Position numbers and translations under genes: made by a program
In this document: piece after piece, positions 1-13,790 of the stretch
How the letters are laid out: each line of letters starts with the position of its first letter
Numbering within the stretch: position 1 is the stretch's first letter
Assembly: GCA_951406725.2 (NCBI GenBank)
Contig: OX597832.1
Location: forward strand, 10,416,001 to 10,480,000
Reading direction: 5' to 3'
DNA length: 64,000 nucleotides
Origin: Octopus vulgaris
Taxonomy: Eukaryota
Notes under the pieces: generated by a model
The model's database searches: none
Told to the model about the DNA's origin: nothing
Seen by the model: the letters and a program-made list of their open reading frames with translations, nothing else

Positions 1-1019
1 AATGTTTACGACCGCTATTTCATTATCTTCGGTAACATCACAATGGAGATGTTAACATGCTTTTAAGTGTATATATAAAGCAATATATAATAGTATATTA
101 CTGAAAGTAAACTTTATATTTATACCATAGTGGAATTCATGTTCATAGAAAAATTTGAAAGAACGTTAATCTATAAATATGTTACATATTTCCAATATAA
201 ATCCTTAATAATATGATACTCTTAAAGGGAACATGAAGCATTAAACTATTCAAAGAAATGTTAAAATCTATTTAAACCTCTTTTACAAATCTCGATTGCA
301 GCTGACTGAAGAAGCGCAGGAAAATTGGGCATATAAAGGAGAATTCGCAAAGCATTTGGCAAAAACCGAAGAAAACACAACTAAAATTCATTGAACGATG
401 CAACACTTGGAAAGTAAAGTGTTATTATCATACAAGGCAGATCTGTTTTAAATAAAGTAGAAATAATCAAAATAAACGTCAAAAATCTGAAAGGAAAGCA
501 ATTGGCATTAGCTGACCCAGCAATGAAATATTGATATGCTGATAACAATTAGACATGCCTGAAACAAAACATAACAATGGAACTCGATCGATGTATAATT
601 AATAACGCTATAACGCCTTGTGGGAACCTAATTCTGTAATTGCTGAACTATTTACGAGTTTAAGGGGAAGGTGTTATTTTCTCATATATTTTATTTGTTT
701 TGTTTTTATTCATTTTAACGATTTTCGTAATGAGATTATTATAGGCCATTATTTATATTTTATACGAATCCACCTCAAAAGAAATAAAGTCAAAATTAAG
801 GTGTTAAGGTGTTCCCTCTACCACACCTGTTAGATAATAGCTAAAACAATAAAAATAATTAACAAAATTCTACTCATTTGCACTGAAAGAAATTGTACTC
901 CACATAAAGTGGTTTTAATTCTTATGACCGAAACATGTTATATTTGGAATATTAATACGTTCAGGATAATTTTTAAGGGAAATCTCCGAATACACTACAT
1001 TAATAAAAGCAAATGTACC

Positions 1020-1183
1020 GCATCCGGTATCAGATTCAAGGTTTCCCTTTCAGTTTCACTGCGCGGTAAGTGGGGGAAGTGTTTAACTATATCCCCTGGA
1101 CGAGCAATGCGTTGTGAGGGAATTTGCTAAACAGAAACTGTGAGGAAGTGAATCGTATGTATACGTTTGCTTGAGTGTGTGTG

Positions 1184-1254
<71 letters not shown>

Positions 1255-1335
1255 GTTTATCTCTCATTGCCTTTTCACTAGCGGTGTTGGTTCTTTATGT
1301 CTTCATACGTTGGCGAAAAGGAGAGACAGAGGAAC
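1020..1335 (+). mobile_element. Old diverged SINE-A copy with internal (GT)n
   Basis: 'ttcagtttcactgcgcgg', 'aaacagaaactgtgaggaag', (GT)n 1175-1250 and 'gcggtgttggttctttatgtc' are collinear with the young copy at 21840-22258. Confidence 0.6.
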
Positions 1336-1533
1336 TTATGCATCACAAAAGAAGTACCGCATGTATTTTTCGAATTTAATCAATTAAAATTTGAAACAAT
1401 CATAGAAACACATAATGTTAAAAGTAAAATTGATCTTATATCATGTAATAGAGTTTGTTAAATATTTGTATTTCCAGCGACAATTTCTGTATTTCCTTAA
1501 TACAAAGGACAGCTATATGTATTGGTCAGGAAG

Positions 1534-1702
1534 TTTGTGGGAGGGGATAAGTCAATCACATCGACCCCAATGCACGATTGGTACTTATTTTCTGACGCAA
1601 AATATCGACTTTGGCGGAATTCGAACTCAGAGCATAAAGACGTTAGGAATACTGTTAAGCATTTAGCCTGGCGTGCTAACGATTCTGCCATTTTGCCGCC
1701 TT
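1534..1702 (-). mobile_element. SINE-B (tRNA-derived, CORE-like), diverged
   Basis: 'atcgaccccaatgcacgattggtactt...ggcggaattcgaactcag...gcgtgctaacgattctgcc' matches 32591-32813 and the reverse complement of 61321-61524. Confidence 0.75.
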
Positions 1703-1729
1703 AAAATATATATACATAATGGATTCAGA

Positions 1730-1918
1730 TTTAGGCTGAGGGCTAGCAACTTTGTGGGGAGGGATCAAATCGATTACATTGATACCAGTGTTTAGGTGGT
1801 TCCTTTTTTATCGACCCCGAAATGATGAATAGCAATGTCCATTGAAATTCAGCTCAGGATGTAAAGAATAGACGAAATCCCGCTAAGTCATATTGCCTGT
1901 GCTAACGATTCTACCAGA
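1730..1918 (-). mobile_element. Second adjacent SINE-B copy, diverged
   Basis: 'tcgattacattgataccagt...ttttatcgaccccgaaatgatgaa...gtgctaacgattctaccag' has the same motif order as other SINE-B copies. Confidence 0.65.
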
Positions 1919-2059
1919 TGTATAAATACCAATAACATATAGAGTTGAAATTGGTATCTTTCTCTGAGTAAAATTAATATAAAACTTCTTCGAAAATATC
2001 TACTGGCCGTGTATCATTGTATTCATTCTCAGTCACATGCAATATGTTAATAATTTAAG

Positions 2060-2345
2060 TGCAATCTTGAGCATCAAATGGGAACACTCTGTGATCAACA
2101 ACAAAGTCCTGGAAAGTGCCGACGAAGTATCGAATCGCTGATCATTGAAACACCGTCTTCCATGATCAGAACATGTAACAAGAATGGAAGATTCAATGTT
2201 CTCACGTGAAAATATTTTGAAGCACAAGCCCGAGACCGTTCCAAGTGGCAGTGTTCCATCACAATTGGAACAAGATCTTCAAAGCCACTAGACGAGAAAT
2301 GGAAGAAATCAAATGGTATGAGAGAAAGGCTTGACAACATCAATC
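2060..2345 (+). mobile_element. RTE-clade LINE ORF C-terminal relic
   Basis: Frameshifted translation gives IKWEHSVINNKVLE / SIESLI / HVTRMEDS / EAQARDRSKW, resembling the RTE post-RT region (IxWxxxVxNxEVL, WxGHVxRM, AxDRxxW). Confidence 0.65.
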
Positions 2346-2881
2346 TCATCCTCCACCAAAAATATCATGCAGTCAATGTCCTCGACTCTTCTATGAAAGA
2401 ATTGGTCGACCATTTAATCCGGAGATTTTCCAGAGCTAATTCATATGTCGTGTACTTTGTGAGTACAGGCTACATGGCAGTCACTTTCGAAAAATGATTA
2501 ATAAATTACTGGAAAGTACCTTGCTGATTTTCGTTCTCATCTTGCTGACAAAGAACTTTGGTTTAACCAAATATTTTATTTATTTGGTGAAACGTTAAAT
2601 ATATTTGCCAACAGTGAGATTATCAACAAATTTAAAACAAGCATCAATTAGCTATGACTGGCAAGCGAGTATGTCCTCATAGCTTATGTCACAATTTCCC
2701 TAGTTTAGAAGTGTATATTTGTCAGTGGCACCTCGAGAATGTTATACCTGGTGAGGGATATATATATATATATATAACTTTAAAATAATAGGGGTGAAAA
2801 ATTGAATATTAATTTGATCAATATTAATTTAAAACCAGTGGTCTAGTATATAGAAAAATCTGAAGATTCGGAAAAATTATA

Positions 2882-3050
2882 TTACATACATATAAGCCGG
2901 ATGAACACTAAGTGGACATCTATTATGCTAGAAGTTCTGGCGTTTGCTAAATTTTCTTGAGAACATTCCTTTCAAAGTGGTAAGACCATAAGGGGTTGAC
3001 TTCTAGCATAATGGTTGTCTAGTTAGTGGTCATCCCCCTTATATGTATGT

Positions 3051-3052
<2 letters not shown>
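2882..3052. repeat. Fold-back with 54-bp imperfect inverted arms
   Basis: 2882-2935 is the approximate reverse complement of 2999-3052; part of a ~290-bp island between (TA)n tracts. Confidence 0.8.
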
Positions 3053-3110
<58 letters not shown>

Positions 3111-3166
3111 GAAGAGAAAGAGAGCTACACGCATGAGCAGTCCGTTTGTGCACGTTTTCAGCAGCG

Positions 3167-3950
3167 TACGCGAGTGAGCTAAAAAGTTCATAGGCTAACG
3201 ATGAATGTGTGACACTAGAGCTGTGAAATCTTGCATAAATTTTAACAGTTCTTATTAATAACTCTGTTGCTTCCTACCAGGTAAACTGACATTTGGGGTC
3301 GAATTAAATAGTAACTAGTAGCGACTCCTTTTGAAAATGTAACTGTGTAGAAAGAGTTTAGCTTCTAAGGACATTTATGCTGACGTAATTGACACATTAG
3401 AAGATGATGCCCCAGCTTTATCACAGCGCAAAAGAAGGCAACTGCATTGAGGAGGGGATGGGAGCGTTTTAAACAGGACCCAAGGTCTGATAGTCCTGCA
3501 ACTGCCACCAGTGAGGAATGCATCGGCGATGGGTAATAGACGCTTGGCTATAAATGAAATATTCAATACGTGATGCTAATAGCGCATGAGTGAATATGGA
3601 ACTGCACCTAGAAAATTCTCCCCCGTTCACAAGCCGGGCGAGGTCGTTTATGGAAGAGCAGCAATCAACCATGCATACCAGTCGCCCCCTCTCAATGCCA
3701 CCGATGTTATCCAAGAAAAAGTCAAAGGCCGATTGGCACCAGTGACCTCGCAACTCATTTCTATTACTGAGCGAACTGGATCAACGTAAAATAATATTTC
3801 TTGCTCAAGAAAACAACATACAGCTCGGTTCGGAAATTGAACTCACTACCGCATTATTGTGAGCCTGACTCTCTAACTAGGGAGCTTAGCGCTTTCATGC
3901 AAAAAGGCATATATATCAAGTTCATGAACAAATCTAAGAAGGTTTTTATT
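3167..3950 (+). mobile_element. Decayed mariner transposon (5' TIR plus transposase N-terminus)
   Basis: TA-'cgcgagtgagctaaaaagttcataggct' TIR-like start; translation KDIYADVIDTLEDDAPALS...QDPRSDSPATATSEE resembles the mariner HTH and 'DDPRSGRP' linker; right end uncertain. Confidence 0.7.
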
Positions 3951-6129
3951 TCCCATCATTTTTCTCACACAATTTCAATGATAACCTACGTATTATACCC
4001 TTCACATCTTCCATTTGTTTTCTTAATTTATTTCTAATATATTTTGAAAGGCGCAAGATATATCCGATTGTTTCCTTCTACCCCTTGTATGAGAGATTTC
4101 TAACTGATACATAAAATATTTACTTTGGTGCGCATTTAATAGACTTCAAAATAATATATTTCTCATTGTTATACGAAGAAGTAGACACCTGAGTGTATAC
4201 ATTATATCTCTACTTAGTATTAAATCTTTGCGGCAGCTTCATGAAATCATATTCGAGTTAACTATATTATGGTAATATTTACGTATTGAATCAACTCTTT
4301 ACTTACTAAATAAGAATATTTGGCCTAAATAAGACCAACTGGATCACCACAAGAATGATGAATTATAGAATGGAATATATATAATGTAAACATTCAATCT
4401 CAATAAATTGTGGTAGATTCGGAAATGACGTAGAAATATATCCTGTAGCTGTTGTATATTCTTAGCACTTGCATTTCAGGTGTCTGAGACAACTTGATTA
4501 TTCTATCTTATTGTATGATTCCTCAGCAAAAACTATCCTTGGTATTTTGTATTTAAATAGTCTCTGGTATTTGTTTATAGAAATCAGCAAATTATTTGTG
4601 ATGCGTGCTGATGTCGGCAAAACTATCAAAATTCAGGAGAATATTGAAAACTGCGAAAGCCAAGCAGTAATATTTCTATTCATTCTCAGTTTGAACATGA
4701 GCGTGGGGCCCGATCATGTTTGAGTAATATCTCCCAAATTTAGGAGAAATTTGTTCGTAATATGGTACAATATAAAATCGATTAGCATAGCCACGTTCGA
4801 ATTTGCCACCGCGTATTGAGAATGAACAGAAACATTATTTTTTTGAACCCTGCAGAACTTGCATGCACCAGATGAATTATTGGAATTACTAGTCCTGAAT
4901 ATATATGAGGTGAAATGATTGCCTCATTTCGAACATTGTTTATAATATCTATGTCGTATGTTGGCTGATAAGCCAACAACAAATATTTCGACAGCAAATT
5001 ATTAATGCAGAATATACTTCGTTACAAATGATTGCTTTCATCAGATTGATGTACTTATTTTCATATTCATACTCGTACTTACGGATTTCATAGTGTAATA
5101 TTTTCTAAATTCTCATCATATCCAGATACATAACAAAAATATTGTTAAATAAATACCAAAGTTCATTATATCTCAGATAACATTTCAAATTGAATATTAC
5201 GCTAAGCAACTGTTCATATTGTAAAACAACATAACATCATAAAATAGCCGTTATACAATGAACAAACTAATAATTCAATGAGAGTAAAGGAAAAACCAAG
5301 ACAAAATAATATAAAATGTATTGTAAAATATGATGGAAATATGATCGAACTTTCAACATATGCTTCAGACTTCAAGAAATATATATTAATAGTAATTCGA
5401 TTAGATGCCCGGAAATTTCCACTGTATAAATTGTATAAATCAATTAGTATCTTTTTGAAAATGTAATAGAGATATATCAGTTAAAATATTAGCATTTATG
5501 AAACAAATGCTACGACTTCTCAATATAACAATTGCAAACTAAAATTGATCGCACAAACTTATACGATTTCTCACTCTGAGGTAAGTGTTGTATACTAATA
5601 CACTAAATACACGAATACACACATACACGTATGTGTATATATATATATATATAGTACATTCAAAATGATACTAATTGATCTACATAATTTATCGAGTCAA
5701 AATTTCCTGGTATCTAATGGATACTCACTATTCTTCTGTATTTCATCAAGTCTGAAGTACATCTACGAAGTTCAAAAGTATGACACGTTTAATTGCATCT
5801 CCGTTTCGAAGCATATTTGAACATTTCTCCTTTAGTATCGTTAAATTAATTGTATAACAATTTCCTGTTGTTTTATAATGTAATCGTATTTTAACATAGT
5901 GCGCCTCTTAACATTTGATCTAGATATAATGAACTTTGAATTAAATTGCAAGACTCTTGTAAAACGCGTAAAGCTTTCAGTTGTTGAAGTTATGGAACTG
6001 AAAAATTAATCAAAGGCAAGTAGGAGCAAAGATTTGCGTGTTTCACTTATTGTATATTTATAACACCTAACACTACATATAAGTGTATACACACACACAC
6101 AGTTTTAAATTAGGTCGTACAGGCTTGCA

Positions 6130-6390
6130 TCAAATAGCAGCTCTTACCAATGATATTCAAGAACACATAGGAAGGTACTGAACAATTCCTGGCTTTTAGT
6201 GTATAGCAAAAGGACTGCTTGGAGGTCCAAACTTCCGAGTTGTTTTATAGAATTAAGAAAAGCCGAAGGACTGCTGCAACAAGTGTGAGAATCTGAGAGA
6301 GGAATCTGTTGAATAGAATTATAATTAACTGTGACCCTCCTGTATTTTCTTTTACCCGAAGCCCAAATAAACTTTACAGCATGCCACACC
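6130..6390 (-). mobile_element. Possible 3' end of a restriction-like-endonuclease LINE (R4/Dong-like)
   Basis: Minus frame 'PSAFLNSIKQLGSLDLQAVLLLYT...FSTFL' loosely resembles the terminal 'LQKAVLLxTxxILRxxL' motif. Confidence 0.3.
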
Positions 6391-6641
6391 GTATGTATGT
6401 ATGTATAAATATATATATATAAAATTAGAAAAATATATTTTACCAATTCAAAATGAACAATTAAATTACACCATTTAGAAAATTACATATAATCAAATTA
6501 TAGTGTTCATTTTGAATTGATAAAAGGTGGGGTTTTTTTGCAATTATATATATATATATATTATATTATATTGTGTGAAATTTGAGTTAGTATTTTTAAA
6601 TTAATTTTTTCCCTGCATTTTTGGATTAATAATCCCTCAAA

Positions 6642-6678
<37 letters not shown>

Positions 6679-6789
6679 TTATGTGTGCAGCTGCATACAG
6701 GGAGAGAGAGAGAGAGCGATATATATATATATGTTTCTTTCTCTCACTTTTTCTCTATCCTTCTTACTCTATCCCTCTTTCTCTCGCCC

Positions 6790-6993
6790 TCTGTATACAC
6801 ACACATATGGATCGTTGGCGATATATTTTTCCTCCGTCTCCCTTTTATCTTGGACTTTCCTCCGTCTCCTTTTTCTGACGAAGACCTCGGCCCGAAATGT
6901 AAGACTACCTTGCTTTCCTTCCTTAAGCATCTGCTAATGATTTGCATGTGCCACGTACTCGCTTGCTTTTTCTCTTGTGTTTGCTGTAAGGGG

Positions 6994-6995
<2 letters not shown>
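6790..6995 (+). mobile_element. Penelope pseudo-LTR-like repeat with degraded hammerhead motif (6871-6905)
   Basis: Homologous to the reverse complement of 38620-38820 ('cgttggcgat..tttcctccgtct'); CTGACGA-a-gacc-tcg-gccc-GAAA-tg-TA with broken stem II. Confidence 0.65.
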
Positions 6996-7067
<72 letters not shown>

Positions 7068-7152
7068 TTCGAGACAAAACCACTATTTTGCAAAACAAAC
7101 AAGGAAAGACTTAATCAATACATAAATATTTTTAATATAAAGAAATAAACCG

Positions 7153-7195
7153 CCACTACAATCGTTTCATGTCTTCAATGACATTCGTCAGGTGG
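7153..7195 (-). ncRNA. Minimal type-I hammerhead ribozyme, intact core
   Basis: Minus strand ccac-CTGACGA-atgtc-attgaa-gacat-GAAA-c-gatt-g-TA-gtgg: stem I ccac/gtgg, stem II atgtc/gacat, short stem III, GUA triplet. Confidence 0.8.
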
Positions 7196-7920
7196 ATTTT
7201 CGATCTCCTAATCTGTTTTAATTTATGAAGTAATAATATATATATATATATAAAGACAAAGAGAGAGAGAGAGAGAGGCAAAGAGATATATGGATTAGTA
7301 AGCATGACTGTGTGGAGTCAATGATACCGGAAGTATATTAATACATGCGAAATAGTCCAATTACGTCTACGGTTTTTCAACGATAATGCATTTCGAATAC
7401 TTAAAAACAGCTTACGGAAAATAATTGATAAAATAGATATTCTTGATAAATTATTCAATGTTTTGCATTTTTTAGTATTTTCATTTTCATATGTAAAGAA
7501 TAATTAAAATTCGGTGCTTTTCTTTGTTTCAATTGTGCTTTATGTGTGTGAACGTATAGGAAGTATATGATATATCAACATATTGTCAGCATTGTGCTGT
7601 TTTCTCTGCAATATATTCGTTATCTAGGATGACTTTAAGGAACATTGAATTGCTCTTAAGAACTGATTGGTATTCTATCCATATAAGTATTCTGGAAAAG
7701 GAAACAAACCATACGGAGATTTGAATCCACAGTGTCATGAGAAACAGATAGATAATGATAGCATATTTTACTACGCTTCATCAAATTCAAGGACTCTATT
7801 TTCATTGCACATATTTATTTATACTTCCAGTTAAAATTTCGAAGCCATGTATACTTTTTCGTTGATATTATTTATCGTAAGCACGAGGTTATATTGAATA
7901 TATATATGCATACATAAATA

Positions 7921-8854
<934 letters not shown>

Positions 8855-8890
8855 GTGTGTCTTTGTATATATAATTAAATAAATAAATAA

Positions 8891-8950
<60 letters not shown>

Positions 8951-8953
<3 letters not shown>

Positions 8954-9283
8954 AGTGTCTGTGTGGTAAGTAGCTTGCTTACAAAAAACATGGTTCTGGG
9001 TTCAGTCCAACTGCGTGGCATCTTCTCAAAGAATCTTCTACATTGTGAGTGGATTTTGTAGACGGAAACTGTAAAGCCCGTCGAATATATATGTGTATGT
9101 GTACTTTGTGGTAATTGTCCCCCACTACCACAACAGATATTGGTGTGTTTACGTCCCATACACCAGTTCGGCTAAAAAGACCGATAAAATAAGAATAAAT
9201 CTTGGGGTCGATTTGTTCGACTAAAGGCAGTGCTCCAGTATGGTCGAAGTCAAATGACTGAAACAAGTATAAAAATAAAAGAA
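8951..9283 (+). mobile_element. SINE-A copy
   Basis: Head 'aggagtgtctgtgtggtaagtagcttgc', tail 'gtcaaatgactgaaacaag'. Confidence 0.9.
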
Positions 9284-9317
9284 TGAGATAATAGTACAAG
9301 TATACATATATATATAT

Positions 9318-9383
9318 GTATGTATGTGTGTATATATATATATATTTATGTAAATATGTATGTATGTGTATATATATATATCC

Positions 9384-9463
<80 letters not shown>

Positions 9464-9535
9464 GTATGTATTTGTGGGTTAACAAGGCAGACAATGATTT
9501 CAGGTGAAGAGATCTTCAGAACTACTGAAGCGTAT

Positions 9536-9579
<44 letters not shown>

Positions 9580-9617
9580 TTATGTAAATATGTATGTATG
9601 TGTATATCTATCTATCC

Positions 9618-9694
<77 letters not shown>

Positions 9695-9767
9695 TATGTA
9701 TGTATTTGTGGGTTAACAAGACAGACAATGATTTTAGGTGAAGATATCTTCAGAACTACTGAAGCGT
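9318..9767. repeat. Tandem duplication (~220-230 bp unit) of compound microsatellite plus ~65 bp unique sequence
   Basis: 'tttgtgggttaacaag.cagacaatgattt.aggtgaaga.atcttcagaactactgaagcgt' occurs at ~9471 and ~9705. Confidence 0.9.
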
Positions 9768-10313
9768 GCCACACAGAAGTTTGAATATACGAGATTACAC
9801 ACGCATGTTATTTATCTTGCATTAGGTCTTGAATTTTCGAGTCCTTATCACGATAGATTTAATAATTCCTTAAATATCTTACGAGAGAAAGAATAAATGA
9901 CAGTTGTCACATTACCCAAGTCTATAAAAATTTGGGTAAGATTATTATGTGTATATGTATGTATGTTTGTTTTTGCGTGCGTGTGTGTGTGCGTGCTTCG
10001 TATGCGTGTGTGGAACAATTCACTCAAGCAAAAAACACACTATAGATACAGATTATCTTACACACATATTCTTAAAAGTATGGACGCACACATTTAATAA
10101 CGTTCCAAACGAAATTTTCTTCATGAGAATTGTCACAACAAAACAAATGAGGAAGGATAAACATAAATTCGATAATGAAAACTGATTTTTGAACAATCAC
10201 GAATTTAAATCTCACAGAGAAAAAAAAAAACTCTTTCAATAGCCAGGTATCAAAAACCTGAGAAATAAATACAATTTTGACGATCTTCTATTTTTTATAA
10301 TATAGTAAGTAAT

Positions 10314-10552
10314 ATAGCGAAGACTGTTCCTGGCTGGTTGTAGTGCCATAGACGTAAACAAGATACTATGGCACTACAACCAGCCAGGAACAGTCTTCGC
10401 TACATTTGCGGTACCTGCCAGAGGGAGTGTTTGTCCAAGATAGGACTACACAGCCACAGCAGGAAATGTATCAGGACATGAAATATAAAAGCCGGACTAG
10501 ACTACTTCATGCGCAAGACCATCGTCTCCCGAGACAGAAAGGATGCCAACCA
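10314..10552 (+). mobile_element. 5'-truncated RTE LINE 3' end with an inverted 5' segment and a 10-bp flanking repeat
   Basis: Encodes YICGTCQRECLSKIGLHSHSRKC (RTE-type terminal C2H2 'SRIGLxSH'); AGTAAGTAAT at 10304-10313 and 10553-10562. Confidence 0.8.
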
Positions 10553-11200
10553 AGTAAGTAATCAATAATTATATGTGGACAAATCATCACATTTCATCGA
10601 GTGATCCATTTGATAATGCTGGTAGTCAATGTCAATACCAATGTTTTCGTGACATATCTAGGAACTCCTTTAGAAAGTTGAGAATACATACTTGAAGTCA
10701 CTTAAATTTAGAAAAACATAAATGCCTGTAATTGAATTTCGTTTAGTCATTTTCATTTCACTATTTTAAGCAATTAAGATTTTTTCTGCTATAAAGATTA
10801 AGGAATGAAGAACAATATTTCCCTAGCCTCTAGGTGATCGCTCAACCTGAGAGAAATATAGAATATATATATTTTTGATTTTACTTTATGGTCTTAAACT
10901 TATTGTCGCTTAAAAGAAATATAGCATTATTTACATGACGATAGAATAAACTCATACTTTGTAATGAATTGAAAATTTCGACTTTAAATATCTTTAATCA
11001 GGCTTCTTGTGGGTTAAATGAAATCCAACGCCCCGTTATGAGACCATATGGCGTCTTTATTAGTTTGCGGGACATGATAGTATATATAGTCAAATCTCCT
11101 TACATTCATGAACTTAATCTTTTATAAATGATAAGTAAAATGTATATTCTATAACACATTTCTTTCTCATTTCTCCATTTCTCCCTGTTAATATACATAC

Positions 11201-11247
<47 letters not shown>

Positions 11248-11251
11248 ATAT

Positions 11252-11283
<32 letters not shown>

Positions 11284-12113
11284 CATATTATTTCATTATT
11301 TCCAATAATATATAACATATACAGTAAGATCATATTGGGAATGAATAATTTATATGTTCGCTTTATCAGATATTATTGTCGTCAACAAATAGCAAGAAAA
11401 TCCAGTAGAAAGCTTCAGCTAACCTCAATGTCAAATATGATAAAATCTGTTTAAGATCCTACCCTACCGTCCTCTCCAAAAATCTACCTTTGCTATGACA
11501 GTCATCCTTAAAGAAGAGAAGAGTCTATAAAGAAACTGATGTCCCCGAATCAGCTTCTGCATAGATTTATAAAAGAATGACCACATATTTTACGCAATAT
11601 TTGATGTTCTTACTGCGAATAAATACCTCTGTTGTGTGAAAGCCTGCATAAGGCTAAACACCGAAAAGTCATTCTCCTCAAGGCTGAATAGCTTTCGAAA
11701 TTTAGATTGCACTTATTAAGATTGTTACATTAAAGTGATAAGAAAATATTTTATTTCTCTATTATATTAAGCCGAATGTAAAAGAAACATTAATTCCATT
11801 TAAATTTTCTTACTTTCACATAGAAATCATTTACTCTGCTTTCATACCTCTATCGCAATTACAATTCTAGAATGAACAGCCAACATGCAATACAAATCAT
11901 TTTCTAATCTGCCGTAAAAAATATGATGCATAATTGAATATCATAGGTACTCATAACGTGCCGATATGTTTATATTTAAAAGAAAAAAAATATTTGATTA
12001 TGTTACTTCTCTAATGACTATTGGAGGTATCAGCTGCAACAGCAATAATAACAACATCAACAACAACTGGAAAGACAAAGCCAAACTGAATTATTGAGTT
12101 TCATTTCGGTGAA

Positions 12114-12312
12114 CGTAGGAGTAGCTCTGTGGTAAGTAGCTTGCTTACGAACCACATGGTTCCGGGTTTAGTCCTACTCCGTGGCACGTTGGGCAAATGT
12201 ATCATACTATAGACTCGGGCCGACCAAAGCCTTGTGAGCGGATTTAGTAGACGGAAACTGAAAGAAGCCCGTCGTATATATATATATATATATACATACA
12301 CAAAGACACACA

Positions 12313-12392
<80 letters not shown>

Positions 12393-12606
12393 TGGCATCC
12401 TTTTTGTCTCGGGAGCCAATAGAGTTGCGCATAAAATTATCTAGTCCAGCTTTTACATTTCGTGTCCTAATACATTTCCTGCTGTGGCTGTGTAGTCCTA
12501 TCCTGGACAAACATTCCCTCTGGCAGGTGCCGCAAATGTAGTGAATACTTTTCCTAGCTGGTTGTAATGTCATAGTTTCTTGTTGACATATTTTCTTGTC
12601 TTTCCA

Positions 12607-12637
<31 letters not shown>

Positions 12638-12644
12638 ACTCCTT

Positions 12645-12693
<49 letters not shown>

Positions 12694-12890
12694 ATATGGT
12701 TGTGTGTCTTTGTGTGTCCCCTTACATTGCTTGACAACCGATGCTGGTGTGTTTAGCGGTTCGGCAAAAGAGAAAGTTAGAATGAGTACTAGGCTTACAA
12801 AGAATAAGTCCTGGGGTCGATTTGCTCGACTAAAGGCGATGCTCCAGCACGCCCACAGTCAAATGTCTGAAACGAGTAAAAGAGTAAAAG
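12114..12890 (+). mobile_element. SINE-A copy interrupted by an RTE fragment
   Basis: 5' half ~12114-12275 and 3' half ~12700-12890 match 21840-22258. Confidence 0.9.
12389..12613 (-). mobile_element. RTE LINE 3' end nested in SINE-A
   Basis: ORF 12244-12639 contains YICGTCQRECLSRIGLHSHSRKC; homologous to 10352-10552. Confidence 0.85.
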
Positions 12891-13404
12891 TTTTTGTAAA
12901 CATATTCTTGAATGTGCAAGCTTATAATCCTGATAAAAATGAATTCGTATATACGTGGAAATGCCTACAATTTAAGAGATATGGTGCTTTTATATTGAAT
13001 ATAAATTAACAAGATAATGTTCGTATCTTTGATACATAGTTGTTGGAATTACAATAATGAATTGAAGTCGGAGACATCAATTATTTCGGTGTATTGCTAG
13101 AAACCAATTGATCATACTTCCAAATTTCAGATTTTCATTTCAAGTGTCTGTGAAAGGATCAGTTGTGGTCGAGAGCCTCAAGTGACTTGATTACAAAATG
13201 GAAGAAAAGAAAACTTAACTGCCATTGTGCATTCATTTTCACTAAGATGGAGCGAGTATAATTCTTTTCCATATCCATTAACATTTTAAAATTCTCATTT
13301 ACTTAGTATTTCTTGTTTATCGCAAGAAATGGATATCTGGTTGTCAGATATCATTAAGAGAAAAAAATTGAAGGTTCAGGGTTTTTATGAAAACCTAAAA
13401 AATA

Positions 13405-13790
13405 GGTACAGGTGTGGCTGTGTAATAAGAAGCATCTTTCTCAACTACATGTTTCTGAGTTCGGTTCTACTGCGTAGCACTTTGGGCAGGTGTCTTCGAT
13501 TGTATCTTTTGGCTGACCAAAGCCTTGTGATTGGATTTGGTAGACGAAAACTGAAAGAAGCCCATCGTATACATATATCTGTGTGTGTGCCTTTGTGCCT
13601 GTGTTTGTCCCCACTATCTCTTGACAACAGGCGTTGCTCTGTTTACCTCCCTGCATCTTAGAGGCAAAAGGGAAGATAGAATAAGTAGCAGGCTTAAATT
13701 TCCTGGCGTCGACTAAATTCGATTAAAAATTTCTGTCAGATTGTGCTCTACCCTGGCCGGTTTCTAATGACTGAAACAAGTAAAAAAAAA
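13405..13790 (+). mobile_element. SINE-A copy, diverged
   Basis: 'ccaaagccttgtgattggatttggtagacgaaaactgaaagaagccc' and tail 'atgactgaaacaagtaaaa'. Confidence 0.85.

Noticed and set aside
306-330. CTGAAGA...GAAA matches (also near 2860, 9500, 9735, 20708) and CTGATGA at 42601
   Set aside because: No credible stems I/II, or no GAAA; expected by chance in AT-rich DNA.
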